A stretch of DNA of 61,708 bases, filler included, from Chiloscyllium plagiosum (GCF_004010195.1; 5 parts of one record of this genome joined end to end with filler, not necessarily neighbours in it); one strand, 5' to 3'; positions 13,218 to 25,897 are shown, numbered from the whole stretch's first letter. A program made the numbers and translations. The notes: generated by a model not told the origin, from the letters alone.

Positions 13218-13697
13218 CCTCCTCATGGATCTGCTCCGGGCCAAACTAGCCGTAAACAGGTCCAGGCAGTGGGCTGTGGGGGGGTTGTTAGGGCCAACTG
13301 CCTGTCCCTCTTCTGCGGTTATGTCAGAGCCCAGGTGTCCCTGGAGAATGAGCACACGGTGTCCACCAACACCCTTGAGCTGTTCAGGAAGAGGTAGGCA
13401 CCGTGGAGTGTTTTATTTTCCCCTCCAACTCTATTTTGATTTAATCCCTGCCCTCCCCTTTACTGTTTGATCACGCAGCATTGCCCTTTGTCGAGAAGGG
13501 CACTGCTTGTCACTGGCCACTCGGGTGTTTCTTTTCTTCCTGGTGGTGGAAACTGAATAAAGATCTATGCACTTGTTTGGTCTTCACTGTGTCATACACC
13601 TGCACACACACGACATGGATGCTGGGGAAAAATCAGCATTACTGCTGTTAAGCGGTATTGTGGGGGAGAGAGGAAATAAAGAAAAGTGAAAAAAAAA
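13218..13697 (+). mobile_element. 5'-truncated Tx1-clade non-LTR element inserted in the 3' LTR
   Basis: Encodes LLMDLLRAKLAVNRSRQWAVG/VVRANCLSLFCGYVRAQVSLENEHTVSTNTLELFRKR*AP (Tx1 ORF2 C-terminus pattern), followed by a UTR, aataaa and poly(A). TSD caggagatt 13209-13217 / 13698-13706. Confidence 0.8.
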
Positions 13698-13721
13698 CAG
13701 GAGATTAGAATCTCCTCAGGA

Positions 13722-14006
13722 GAGGATAGGTTTAGGGTAAGAGGGGATAGATATAAAACGGACCTAAGGGGCAAATTTTCATACAGAGAGTGGTACGTAT
13801 GGAATGAGCTGCCAATTGAAGTGGTGGAGGCTGGAACAATTACAGCATTTAAAAGGCATCTGGATGGGTGTATGAATAGGAAGGGTTTAGAGAGATAGGG
13901 GTCAAGTGCTGACAAATGGGACTAGATTTAATTAGGATATCTGGTCGGCATGGATGAGTTGGACCGAAGGGTCGGTTTCCATGCTGCACATCTCAATGAC
14001 TCTGTG
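13722..14006 (+). mobile_element. CR1 3' end nested in the 3' LTR
   Basis: RFRVRGDRYKTDLRG...WNELPIEVVEAGTITAFKRHLDG plus CR1 tail. Confidence 0.85.
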
Positions 14007-15212
14007 ACTGACTCTGAGCTGGCTGGCCACAGTCAGTGTACTGTGCACAAGTAAATAAAGGATGACTTGGTGACAGGATACTGGCCTCTGTGCAGTTATT
14101 TCAATTCCCTAGTCTTTTCATTGACCAAGAAAACTGATTGCTAACAGTCTGTACATTCTAGCCACACAATGACTAAATATGTGGTTTGTGCAATCTGTTT
14201 GGGGATTCAAATCTCTCGCCTGATTGTATTAGCCTTGTTAAATGCACGTCTAATTTCCTGATTTGTGCTCTGCCCAACACTCCAATTACTGTTACTGAGC
14301 CTGTAAACAATGCCATTTGTGTTCTCTGCCCTTTGTTGTTTCTTAGTTTGTCCAAGTGCGATTTTGCTTCCTGATTTTAAATGAACAAAGACCCTTTCTT
14401 TCTTATGTCTTGATCCTATTGGCTCCCACCTGGGCTCCCATATTCCCTTTCAAATTGTTTATCTTCTCTTAAAGTTCTTATGGGTGATTTAGTTCACAAA
14501 TCTAGTTACTATAGAACCACATCTCTGTATTAGATCTAACATATTAATTTCTATCTGTGCAATTAATCATTTAATTTCTCGTGAATGTTTCCTGGCTCTT
14601 CTTCGGCATTGAATTTGACTCTCCTCATATTTCCCTGAATTCACCTTAATCACTAATGTCCTATTCCCCTTTTGTTACTTATACAGTCCCTTTCAGACTC
14701 ACTTCGCTTATACTTCACAAGGACGCTCCTCTGTTCCAGAGCCTTTATGAATTTAAAGCTCTCTATATGACTATAATTATTTGATTTGTGAAGATGCTTA
14801 TGTTTAATTGCAGTGCGTTTTATGGAACAGCTCTTTCTTTACCCAATACTAATGACTGTGACTCATTAAATGAAAACCCTGACTCCCATATCACTCTTTC
14901 AAGCCACACGTTTAACCGACGGATATGTTTAACTGTTTGCCAGTTGACATACAGTATTTGACATATGCTTTCAATCGCTCTCCCTTGATTATTTTGTTAC
15001 CTCTCTCATGTTTCACCCGAAACCCAGCACTCACTCTTGCTTCCATGTTCCATGAAGACAGAGCTTATGAAAGTCTCAGTGACATCGGCTGTGGTGAGTT
15101 GTGTGGCAGGATTGGTGGAGGTTGCGAGTGTTGGGAGCACCCCACTACACCTTTTGTGCATTTCCCGAGGGTCAAGGCAGGTTTCCTGTTGGCAGCATCA
15201 AGGTGCCAATTG

Positions 15213-15357
15213 AGAGTCACAGAAGATGTCCAGCACGGAAACAGACCCTTCGGTCCAACTCATTCATGTTGACCAGATATCCCAACCCAATCTAGTTCCA
15301 TTTGGCAGCATTTGGCCCATATCCATCTAAATCCTTCCTATTCATGTACCCATCCAG
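15213..15357 (-). mobile_element. CR1 3' tail fragment
   Basis: Reverse complement of the CR1 tail. Confidence 0.7.
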
Positions 15358-16406
15358 GATTAGTGAGAGTGATGGAGCTTGAGCCTTGGTGGGAGGTGGG
15401 GACAGGAGCAGTGAGAGAGAGAGAGAGAGAGCAAGGATGGGCCATTGGAGAGAAGATGGTGGCACTTATACTGGTGCAGTGGAAAGGACATTGACCTTTA
15501 TCGCACAGCGCTAGGCACTCCCCCAGTCGGCTGAGACTGCACTGAGCCAGGGGACCAGCTTGAACCTGGCTAGGCATGGTCTGATATCATGGCTGGCACT
15601 GAGTGTTCTGGAATGTAAAGGATGCCATTGCCGGTAAACACCTCATCCTCAAGATCCCTGCCCTTAATCTTTGGATTTTCAACGAGTGACAAGTGGGCAT
15701 TGTTTGCAGTTGGGGGAGGGGGGAGGAGTGGTTGATTTCCCATTATTTCCCATGTCTGGAGAAAACATCAGAAACTCTGTAGGGTGCCTCCAGACAGGTC
15801 CAGGTGCACCACAGCCTTTTAAAGATGGCAGTAGCACCTGAGACACCTGTCTTTATCTGCTGAGTTGGCGGGGGGGGGGGGGGTGTTCTGGGAACAGTGC
15901 ACAAATGTAGAATGAGACATGAGGGACACATAAGGCCAGGTAGATAGAATATGTGGTGTATTTGGTAAGATACTGGACCCTCCGGTAACAATCCCTGTAT
16001 AAAACTCAATACAACTTGCTTTTAACAGAGAAAAATAAATTCCACAGTGAGAAAAAGCCTCAAGATATTTCTCTGATGAAGGGGTGGCCAATGCCCTCTA
16101 ATTATTGTGTTTGGAAGGCCTTGACTGTGGGCTGGGGCCTTCCCGTGAGGAATAGAGACCTCAGCAGCAAGGGGTGGGGGCATTCTCTGTGGCAGGGAAG
16201 GGGGAGGGGTGGTGTTTTAATGTGAGGAGTGCTATCTCCATGTGAGGAAGAGGGCTGTCCACTCCAAGGAAAGAAATGGGGGGAGTGAGGAGGGAACATA
16301 TCGGTGAGGAGAGTACTCTCTTGGCAAAGAGGTTGTGTCCACTTGAGAGGAGGATCAGTTTATTGACCTTGAAATTGCGGAGTTAGGCATGAGGGGGCAT
16401 TCGGTG

Positions 16407-16459
16407 TGAGGAGGTAATGGGTGTGAGGGGTAATGGGTGTGGAGGGGTAATGGGTGTGA
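16407..16459. repeat. Short minisatellite (gaggggtaatgggtgtg)n running into a spacer
   Basis: About three visible 16-17-bp units. Confidence 0.7.
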
Positions 16460-16559
16460 NNNNNNNNNNNNNNNNNNNNNNNNNNNNNNNNNNNNNNNNN
16501 NNNTTAATTAATTAANNNNNNNNNNNNNNNNNNNNNNNNNNNNNNNNNNNNNNNNNNNN
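16460..16559. other. Artificial contig spacer N44-TTAATTAATTAA-N44
   Basis: Exactly 100 bp; the 12-mer gives stop codons in all six frames; identical at four sites. Confidence 0.95.
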
Positions 16560-17574
16560 TGGGGTGGGGAGGGGTGGGGAGGAGAATGCTGTTCGTTTGT
16601 GAGGGAAACTCTCACCGTGTGATGTGATTTCTACATATTTAATGTCATTTGTTCCTAAAGTTTGGGTTTTAAACTAGTGGCATATTGGTTCATCTTTGAG
16701 AAGAGATTTTTTAACTTAACTTAACTGTCCAGAACCATAATTTAAAACCAGTGTGTGTCAGAGAGCAGGTGGCGAGCGGGACTACTGGAGTGTTAATGGA
16801 AGTCCATTTATTGTTGTTCGGTTTTACCATAGGAGAGGTGGAGAGGCAAGGCAGTTCAAGGAGGGAGCATCCCACTGCCTAGGGCTGAGGCTATTGAAAA
16901 TATGGTCACCAACAGTGGGATGGAGATGAGTAAGAGCCTGAGCTGGAGGAAGGCTAAGTGAGTCCTCAGAGATTTAAGACTGGAGGAGGTTTAGAGAGAA
17001 AGTCCGTCTGAGTTCTCCTATGATGCCAACTATTGCAGGCCAGCTCATACATAACGGATATGCCCAAGATGACATACCTCTATCTAAAAAATATTCCTCA
17101 GTTTCAGGAGGGGCTGGTTTAAATGTTTTAAAAAGCGAAATTGAAATAAATTCTGACATTGGAAATTGCTAAAAATAAGTTCTGCGGAAAATGTTATTTA
17201 ACATTTTATTCACTAAGCAATCAGACCCTTATGAGTCACAATTTTGGGCTGAACTGGCATTTTCTTTATGAACTGAATCTCGTCCGAGCTTGGCTGAGGC
17301 ACTCAATGAGTAATTCATCCTGAGGTAGGAAAACCTGGCACTGCCATTCCTCAACACAGCTCCTTGTGTTGCTTGTTCTGTGAATGGTCAAGCCACAGCC
17401 TATCCCACCTATGTGTACAAAACCACCCATTCAACAAAAGCAGGAGAGGAATTCTCCCTCTTACAAATAACGTCATTTGGGTGACACCTAACATGAAAGG
17501 GGCCATTCAAAAAATAAGATTCCAAACATGACATTTCTAAGTTTGAAATTGTACAACTTGAAAAACATCAGCAG

Positions 17575-18077
17575 GACAGAAAGGGTTCAGAAAAGATTTG
17601 CAAGCATGTTGCCAGGGTTGGAGGGTTTGAGCTATAGGGAGAGGCTGAATAGATGGGCGCTGTTTTCCCAGGAGCGTCGGAGGCTGAGGGGTGACCCTAC
17701 AGAGGTTTGTAAAATCATGAGGGGCATGGATAGGATAAATAAACAAGGTCTTTTCCCTGGGGTGGGGGAGTCCAGAACTAAAGGGTATAGGTTTAGAGTG
17801 AGAGGGGAAAGATGTAAAAGGGACCGAAGAGGCAACTTTTTCACGTGGAGGGTGGTGCGTATATGGAATGAGCTGCCAGAGGAAGTGGTGGAGGCTGGTA
17901 TAAATACAACATTTAAAAAACATCTGGATGGGTATATGAATAGGAAGAGATTAGAGGGCTATGGGCCAAGTGTTGGCAAATAGGACTAGATTAGGCTAGG
18001 ATGTCTCTGGTCAGCTTGGAAGAGTTGGACCTTAGGGTCTATTTCCGGGTATACATCACTATGATTCTATGACTCTA
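17575..18077 (+). mobile_element. CR1 LINE ORF2 C-terminus and 3' tail
   Basis: ERVQKRFASMLPGLEGLSYRERLNR...RRLRGD...WNELPEEVVEAG, then a ctatgatt/ctatgact repeat tail. Confidence 0.9.
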
Positions 18078-18149
18078 TACCAAAGTTCTGTATAGCCAAT
18101 GATCATGTACTAGTTCACATGTTGTCGGTGTCACAAGGTAGGAAATATG

Positions 18150-18420
18150 AACTACAATACCACAAATAGCAATGCAATAATCACTAGAAATATTTTCCCA
18201 GTGATGATGGTTGAGGGCTAATTGTTGGTTAAGACACTGTCGAGAAATTTGGAATGAGATCTTACCTAAGATGGGGCTCCACTTTAATGTCTCATCTGAA
18301 AGATTGCACCTGCACTCTCACTCTATCAGTCCTAGAAGTGACGAGCCTCAGATTATCTGCTCCAGTCTGTGGACTCCTCCTTGAATGCCACATCCATCTT
18401 GAAATGAGGCGAGAGTGCCT
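18150..18420 (-). mobile_element. Decayed DeuSINE (SacSINE1-like)
   Basis: tttaatgtctcatctgaaaga...agcctcagattatctgctccagtct...aggcgagagtgc resembles the reverse complement of a Deu-domain SINE. Confidence 0.5.
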
Positions 18421-18585
18421 AATTCGCTTCATCTGGAATAGCCTGGGAAATCTACAAGTTTGTGACAAACGCAGTAACATCACAATGAATCTTGTTTTTG
18501 GCGTACGAAGCTGTGTGAAAACGTTTTATGGGCCTTGTAACACATATGCATGAACTATGTGGGTATTTTGTGTACACTTGGTAAA

Positions 18586-18731
18586 GTTCTCCCCACTCCC
18601 ACCCTCCTCTAGCTTATCTCTCCACGCTCCAGGCTTTATTCCTGATGAAGGGCTTTTGCCCGAACGTCGATTTCGAAGCTCCTCGGATGCTGCCTGATCT
18701 GCTGTGCTCTTCCAGCACCATTAATCCAGAA
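18586..18731 (+). mobile_element. PLE family 1 terminal repeat with HHR (GAAA reduced to GAA)
   Basis: cctgatgaagggcttttgcccgaacgtcg; possible TSD gtacacttggtaa / gcacacttggcaa. Confidence 0.8.
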
Positions 18732-19482
18732 AGTAGCACACTTGGCAATTTTCCTTCAGGCATCACCATAAGACCACTACAGGGTGCACCAAACCTGACC
18801 CTTAGGGAACTTGGGCTGAGTGAATATTGCAGATCATAGTTTTAGATAAACTGGAACGATGACATTTTCTTTGGACGAAGTGAATTCTGTCAAAAATGAT
18901 GACAAAGAGCATTCTAAGTTGACATTTTCTGGAATAAAGCCTGACTTGTGAACCAGATCGTAGGAGGTGATACAGCTTTATCACACTCATTGGGGTGTGA
19001 TAATATCAGATCATAAATCATGGCATCTGAACCACTTCACACCCCACTTCCCCTGTCTAGCAATTTCTTGTAGAACATCAAGACATACTGAAGATCTTCC
19101 CAATGGGAGCCCTTGGCTGGGGAAACCTTCTTCATTGGAAATCTCTACGTGTCTCTGGAAAAGAGGCAAGGTTATATAATTACATCCCATGATCTGCCCT
19201 TCCCTGGGAGAGTATTTCCTTGTTTATTCTGTGCTTTGACTGTTCTGAGTGTGTTTTATCATAACAAAGAGTGTTAAGAGAAATGTGTTGTCGAGTTTAG
19301 CTCTGGCCCATTATTACACAGGAGCAAGATGGAGAGTTTAAGGATGAAAAGATTAAAGTGTTGAACTTGGAATATGTTCATAATCAGGGTCACAAGTAGC
19401 ACAGATCCAACAGAGACAGCTGAGCAGGTGACCAAAACACCCATACGTATCATCGCGCACTTATAACTTCATATTTCCTGGA

Positions 19483-21587
19483 ATCATAGAGTCATAACGA
19501 TGTACAGCACAGAAACAGGCTCTTCAGTCTAATCCCATTTGCCAGCATTTGGCCCATATCCCTCTTAACCCTTCCTATTCAAATACCCATCCAGGTGCCT
19601 TTTAAATATTGTAATTGTACCAGCCTCCACCACTTCCTCTGGCAGCTCATTCCATACACGCACCACCCTCTTCATGAAAAGGTTGCTCTTGAGGTCCCTT
19701 TTAAAATTTTCCCCTCTCACCCTGAACCTATGCCCTCTAGTGTTGGATTCCCCCACTCCGGGGAAAAGACCTTGTCTCTTTACCCTATCCATGTCCCTCA
19801 CGATTTATAAACCTTTATAAGGTCACCCCTCAGCCTCTGACACTCCAGGGAAAACAGCCCCAACCTATTCAGCCTCTCCCTTTAGCTCAAATCCTCCAAC
19901 CCTGGCAACATCCTTGTAAATCTTTTCTGAACCCTTTCAAGTTTCACAACATCCTTCCAATAGGAGGGAGACCAGACTTGCACACATTATTCCAAAAGTG
20001 GCCTAACCAATGTCCTGTACAGCTGCAACACGATCTCTCAGCTCCTGTACTCAATACTCTGACCGATAAAGGAAAGCATACCAAATGCCTTCTTCACTAT
20101 CCTATCTACCTGCGACTCCACTTTCAAGGAGCTGTAAACCTGCATTCCAAGGTCTCTTTGTTCAGCAACATTCCGCAAGATGTTACCATTAAGTGTATAA
20201 GTCCTGCACTGATTTACCTTTCCAAAATGCAGCACCTCACATTTATATACATTAAAGTCCATCTGCCACTCCTCAGCCCATTGGCCCATCTGATCAAGAT
20301 CCCATTGTACTCTGAGGTAACCTTCTCTGCTGTCCACTACACCTCCAATTTTGGTGTCAGCTGCAAACTTACTAACCATACCTCCTAGGTTTACATTAAA
20401 ATCATTTATATAAATGACAAAGAGAAGCGGACCCAGCACCGATCCTTGTGGCACTCCACTGGTCACAGGCCTCCAGTCTGAAAAGCAACCCTCCACCACC
20501 GCTCCCTGTCTTCTGCCTTTGAGCCAGTTCTGTTTCCAAATGGCTAGTTCTCCCTGTATTACATGAGATCTAACCTTGCTAACCAGTCTCCCATGGGGAA
20601 CCTTGTTGAACACTTTACTGAAGTCTATATAGATCATATCCACCACTCTATCTTCGTCAATTCTATTCGTTACTTCTTCAAAAAACTCAATCAAGTTTGT
20701 GAGACATGATTTCCCACTCACAAGGCAATGTTGACTATCCCAAATCAGTCCTTGTCTTTACAAATATGTGCAAAACCTGTCCCTCAGGATTCCCTCCAAC
20801 CACTTGCCCACCACTGACGTCAGGCTCACCGGTCTCTAGTTCCCTGGCTTGTCCTTTTCACCTTTCTTAAACAGTGGCACTAACCTCCAGTCTTCTGGCA
20901 CCTCACCTGTGACTATCGGGCCCAGCAATCACTTCCCTAGCTTCCCACAGAGTTCTAGGGTACACCTGATCAGGTCCAGCGGATTTATTCATCATTGTGT
21001 GTTTTAAGACATCCAGCACCTCCTCCTCTGTAATATGGACATTTTTCAAGATGTCACTATCTATATCCCACATTCTATATCTTCCATGTCCTTCTTCACA
21101 GTAAATACAGTTACAAAATACTCATTTAGCTCCCATCTCCTGCGGCTCCACACAAAGGCTGCCTTGCTGATTTTTGAGGGGTCATATTCTCTCCCTAGTT
21201 TCCCTTTTGTTCTTAATATATTTATAGAATCCCTTTGTATTGTCCTTGACCCTATTTGCTAAAGCTATCTCATGTCCCCTTTTTGCCCTCCTGAATTCCT
21301 TCTTAAGTATTTCCCTATTGCCTTTATACTCTTTTAAGGATTCACTCGATCTCTGCTGTCTGTACCTGTCTTAACCAAACCCTGAATGTCTATAGTCATC
21401 CAGCATTCCCAACCCCGACTGGCTTTGCCTTTCACTCTAACAGGAACATATTGTCTCTGGACTCTCGTTATCTCATTTTTGAAGACTTTGCATTTTCCAG
21501 CCATCCCTTTACCTGCGATCATCTGCCCCCAATCAACTGTTGAAAGTTATTGCCTAATATCATTAAAATCGGCCTTCCTTCAGTTTA
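19483..21587 (-). mobile_element. CR1 LINE, ~2.1 kb 3' part of ORF2 (RT)
   Basis: GKSCLTNLIEFFEEV, YIDFSKVFNKVPH, SGVPQGSVLGPLLFVIYIND and SKFAADTK (ORF 20038-20721), plus the C-terminus and tail. Confidence 0.95.
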
Positions 21588-23081
21588 GAACGTCCTGTGA
21601 GAATGAGAGCTTATCACACTGAAATCCAAAATCGAATTCTTGGAGACATTGTCGGCTAAATAGCTGAGAGGGTATTTCCTCTGACTGGACAGCCTAGAAC
21701 AATGAAGAGGAGAAGAGGACGACCATTTAAGACTGAAATGGGAAGAAATGTCTTCATGTACAGTGTTATGAATGTTCAGAATTCTCATAGAAAACTTTCA
21801 TCACAGATGGATGGCTTACAGAGACCCAAGGGACAGGATGATTTAGACAGGAAAGGGCAGCCGAAGTAGAAAATCAGCATCTCATTGGGCTATATGGCCT
21901 AATTCTTTTGTTATTGCAGGTATGATTGCAAGAGATAGCAGCTGTAAATTCAAGGAGGTGATTTGTTGTGAAAGACAGAAGGGATTGTCTTTGTTATCTC
22001 GGCTAAACACCCAATACGACCTGGCAGAGCTTAATATGGTTGTGCAGCAAGTATATGTGGACGCTGCACCCCTGGAACTTGCAGGAGTGAAGGTGGGGTC
22101 TGTACCCTGTGGTATGAGTGGGATTGAGAGATAGTGAGAGCGTTCTTAAATGCTAGGGTATCAAAGACAGATTTAGAGGAATGGTTGACAGTAACATAAC
22201 ACGTAGATACCAACTGGGAGTTTGAAATATGGGCCGTTAAATGGAAAAAAAAACCTTTGTTCCCTGCAGTCAAAAGAGATGGAAAAAGTGTTGGGAAAGG
22301 GTAAAAGATGACAATGTTGATGCTAAAAGGTATGTTAATGTCCGGCTTGCTTTCTGTTTCCATCTTACTTTTAAAAACAAAGTGACTTGAAAGGTTATAT
22401 GATGTGGGTTAGACTCTCAGAATAACATCCCTTTCTGTAGAAGGGGAGATAGTGCCAAATAAAGTGATGGAAGAAAGGGGAGAATTATGGATGGAGTGGT
22501 GTGGCCATCAAAAAGGAAGGAGATTCAGAGAAACAGCAGGCAGCTCAGGGAAACATATCCGCCAACAAATTGATAGTAGTAATAAAATTAAAACGTACAT
22601 TGATGAGCAAAGATAGATGGGGCTGAGAGATGTCTACAAATTGTTTCTATTTTAAGATCATGGTAGCCTTAAGCTGAAGAACACTTGTTGTCTTCTATTT
22701 TAGTCATGTTTCATTTTTTCAAATGTAGTAAGCATGGAAAAGAGGAGGAGGAGTAGGCCATTCAGCCCCATCCTGTACAGAGAACAAGAAGAAATTCTGG
22801 GTACAAGGATCAGAGAATGGTACAACTGCACAAATTCGGCATGGTTACAAAGAGGACTCGGCAGGAGGGCTTTATTTTGTGTTTTCATTGCTGTAGACTT
22901 GGATATAGTGTAAAATGCATTCTTCGGGATATTGTTTGTTCACTCATAAATGCTCCTGGCATGCCAACTTATTCCCTGTTCTCACACATTACACAGGATG
23001 CTGCTGTTTCTGTTTATTCATGAACAGAATGACAGCATGGCCATTCAGGTGATCCCTGACAGCATTAGGACTGCATTTCAC

Positions 23082-23416
23082 GTAGAATCCCTACAGCATG
23101 GAAGCAGGCCATTTGACCCATCGAGTCCATATTGCCCCTCCAAAGAGAATCCTATCCTATCCCTGTAACCCGACATTTCCCATGGCTAACCCACCTAGCC
23201 CACACGTCCTTGGACGCTATGTGGCAATTTAGCATTGCCAATCCACCTAACCTGCACATCTTTGGACTGTGGGAGGAAACCGAGCACACAGAGGGAACAC
23301 TTGCAGATATGGGGAGAACATGCAAACTCCACACACAGTCACCCAAGATTGGAATTGAACCAATGCCCCTGACACTCTGAGACAGCTGTTCTAACCACTG
23401 AGCTACCGTGCCACCC
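23082..23416 (-). mobile_element. HE1-type V-SINE
   Basis: Head, V-domain and tail on the reverse strand. Confidence 0.88.
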
Positions 23417-23596
23417 CAGTCCATTACTTTGCTGCTTGAAGTAGTGAGAGCAGGAAAAGACAGGTCCAGATAGAATCAGGCCAAACAGGAGAGATAAGCC
23501 CATACATTTACATGTGTGGTTTCTTCAAAACCCCCTATTAAACCAAGCCACCGTGAATGCTTTGCGAAGGGGTAAGGGGATGGGAGTGGGGTGTTA

Positions 23597-23775
23597 TAGA
23601 GTCATACAGCACAGAAACAGACCCTTCGGTCCAACTAGTCCATGTTGACCATAAGCCCAAACTAAACTAGTCCCACCAGCATGTGTTGGCCCATATCCCT
23701 CCAAACCTTTCCTACTCATGTACTGTCTCAATGTCTTTTAAATGTTGTAATTGCACCTGCATCCACCATTTGTTC
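23597..23775 (-). mobile_element. CR1 3' tail fragment
   Basis: Reverse complement of VDAGAITTFKRH plus tail. Confidence 0.75.
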
Positions 23776-23777
23776 TG

Positions 23778-24142
23778 GATGGGCACACGTATGGGCCCCA
23801 GCTATGCCTGTATCTTTGTTAGCTACGTAGAACAGTCGATCTTCCATAATTACACCGGCACCACTCCCCACCTCTTCCTCCGCTACATTGATGACTGCAT
23901 TGGCGCTACCTCGTGCTCCCGCGAGGAGGTTGAGCAATTCATCAACTTCACCAACACATTCCACCCTGACCTTACATTTACCTGGACTATCTCTGACACC
24001 TCCCTCCCCTTCCTGGACCTCTCCATCTCCATTAATGACAACCGACTTGACACTGACATTTTTGCAAACCCACTGACTCCCACAGCTACCTGGATTACAC
24101 CTCTTCCCATCCTACCTCTTGCAAAAATGCCATCCCGTATTC
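23778..24142 (+). mobile_element. PLE family 1 (Neptune-like) RT core fragment
   Basis: MGTRMGPSYACIFVSYVEQ...FLRYIDDCIG...FTWTISDTSLPFLD. Confidence 0.88.
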
Positions 24143-24242
24143 NNNNNNNNNNNNNNNNNNNNNNNNNNNNNNNNNNNNNNNNNNNNTTAATTAATTAANN
24201 NNNNNNNNNNNNNNNNNNNNNNNNNNNNNNNNNNNNNNNNNN
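24143..24242. other. Artificial contig spacer
   Basis: N44-TTAATTAATTAA-N44. Confidence 0.95.
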
Positions 24243-24566
24243 GGCGCCAATGCAGTCATCAATGTAGCGGAGGAAGAGGTGGGGAGTGGTGCCGGTGTAA
24301 TTACAGAAGATCAACTGTTCTACGTAGCCAAAGAGACAGCATAGCTGGGGCCCATACGTGTGTCCATGGCTACCCCTTTGGTCTGGAGGAAGTGGGAGGA
24401 TTTGAAGGAAAAATTGTTAAGGGTGAGGACCAGTTCGGCCAAACGAATGAGAGTGTCGGTGGAAGGGTACTGTTGGGGACGTCGGGAGAGGAAAAAAGGG
24501 AGGGCTTGGAGGCCCTGGTCATGGCGGATGGAGGTGTAGATGGATTGGATATCCATGGTGAAGATG
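24243..24566 (-). mobile_element. PLE family 1 RT fragment
   Basis: IFTMDIQSIYTSIRH...LAELVLTLNNFSF...QTKGVAMDTRMGPSYA...LRYIDDCIG. Confidence 0.88.
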
Positions 24567-25270
24567 AGAGACAAGCTACTCCTCAGTTAGAAAACTCACA
24601 CACCTTTGGATAAATGGACACTGCTCAGCAGAACCGCTGCACTATGATGGATCCTTTCATTCATTCGACCCCTGACTCATTCCAAAACACCAAGCAACAT
24701 TCACAAGGGCACTGAGAATGAGGAGGAATTCAACTGTGGCATTTTGGGAAGGGTCTGAGTTGTCTCGTCATTTTAAAAGGTGAACATTTTAGAGTAAAAG
24801 TTTAAAGCAATATTTTGATACTAACAGGACATTCCCAGGAGTTTGAAGGAGTTCAGGGTGTGCTGATGGGAGAGGAGAATTGTGTTTGTCATTTGTGCAT
24901 TCCTCAATCTCATTCCGCCTCCAATGATGGCTGTGCCTTTGCCCTCCTGGTTAATTCCCTCCCTGAACCTCCCCACCTTCTGCTCCTATCCTTCCTCACA
25001 ACACTTCTTAAAACCTCACTCGATCTTTAGTCGCATGTGTTCTAATAGCTACACATGTGGCAAATGGTGGCAAATGTTCCCTGATTATGTTTCTGTGAAG
25101 CCAAGGACACTTTACTGTATTAAAGGTGCTATATAAATGCCAGCTTGTTGCTATAACATATCCTCTCCATACCTGTTAACCTTAGGAGCACTCTTAGGAA
25201 CGCTCCTTAAAAGCTCTTTGAACTTCTGATTGAGTGGGAAAGCAATCATCCACAAGCAATCATCTTCGAA

Positions 25271-25364
25271 ATGGGGCTGGGTGTTACTCTTCGGAGGGGC
25301 GGTGTGGATCGGTTGGGCCGAAGGGCCTGTTTCCACACTATAGGGAATCTAATCTAATCTAATC
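25271..25364 (+). mobile_element. HE1 SINE 3' part
   Basis: gttactcttcggaggg...gggccgaagggcctgtttccacact...(aatct)n. Confidence 0.8.
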
Positions 25365-25536
25365 TTAAAACAGCTCAGTATGTAACAGCACTTTGCAGTT
25401 CAAAGAGATCACCTTCAGACTTCTGTTGGAGAAGCCTGGTCTAACTGGTTTAATTGAAGTGATGTCAGTCGCTGATGATTAAAGTTAAAACTTCACACAA
25501 CACCAGGTTATAGTCCAACAGGTTTATTTGGAAGCA

Positions 25537-25571
25537 CACTAGCTTTCAGAGCATTGCTCCTTCATCAGGTA
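25537..25571 (-). ncRNA. Minimal hammerhead ribozyme motif (family 2)
   Basis: UAC-CUGAUGA-A-GGAGC(AAU)GCUCU-GAAA-GCUA^GUG. Confidence 0.65.
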
Positions 25572-25897
25572 ACTAGTGGGGCAGGATCATAGGATACAGA
25601 ATTTATAGTAAAACATCAGTGTCATGCGATTAAAATGTTATTTTGAACAAACCTAGATTGCTGTTAAGTCTTTCATCTTTTAGAATGGGTTGCAGATTTC
25701 AGTTCATTAATATGTAAATCCCAGAACTTCTTCTAAGTCACATTCTCGAGATAACTTAAGGTTTTATACAAAAAGGTGATATCTCAGCTCAGCCAATGCA
25801 TTAAAGATGATTTGGAGGAGCCAGTGTTGGACTGGAATGGACATCGTTAAAAATCACACAACACCAGGTTATGTGATCGAATAGGTTTATTTGGAAG

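Larger units (their letters stand above)
6808..14103 (+). mobile_element. Decayed Ty3/Gypsy LTR retrotransposon with nested insertions
   Basis: LTRs begin tgtagtg(a/g)ttggaaccagctggatcttgttgacta (6808, 13119) and end cagttatttca (9166, 14103). Polypurine tract agagagggggagaga 13104-13118; imperfect 5-bp TSD cttcc/attcc. Domain order gag-PR-RT-RH-IN. Confidence 0.92.

Noticed and set aside
21900..22060. Exon-like segment (ttttgttattgcag acceptor; ORF 21922-22134)
   Set aside because: No recognisable protein, weak donor and no partner exons.
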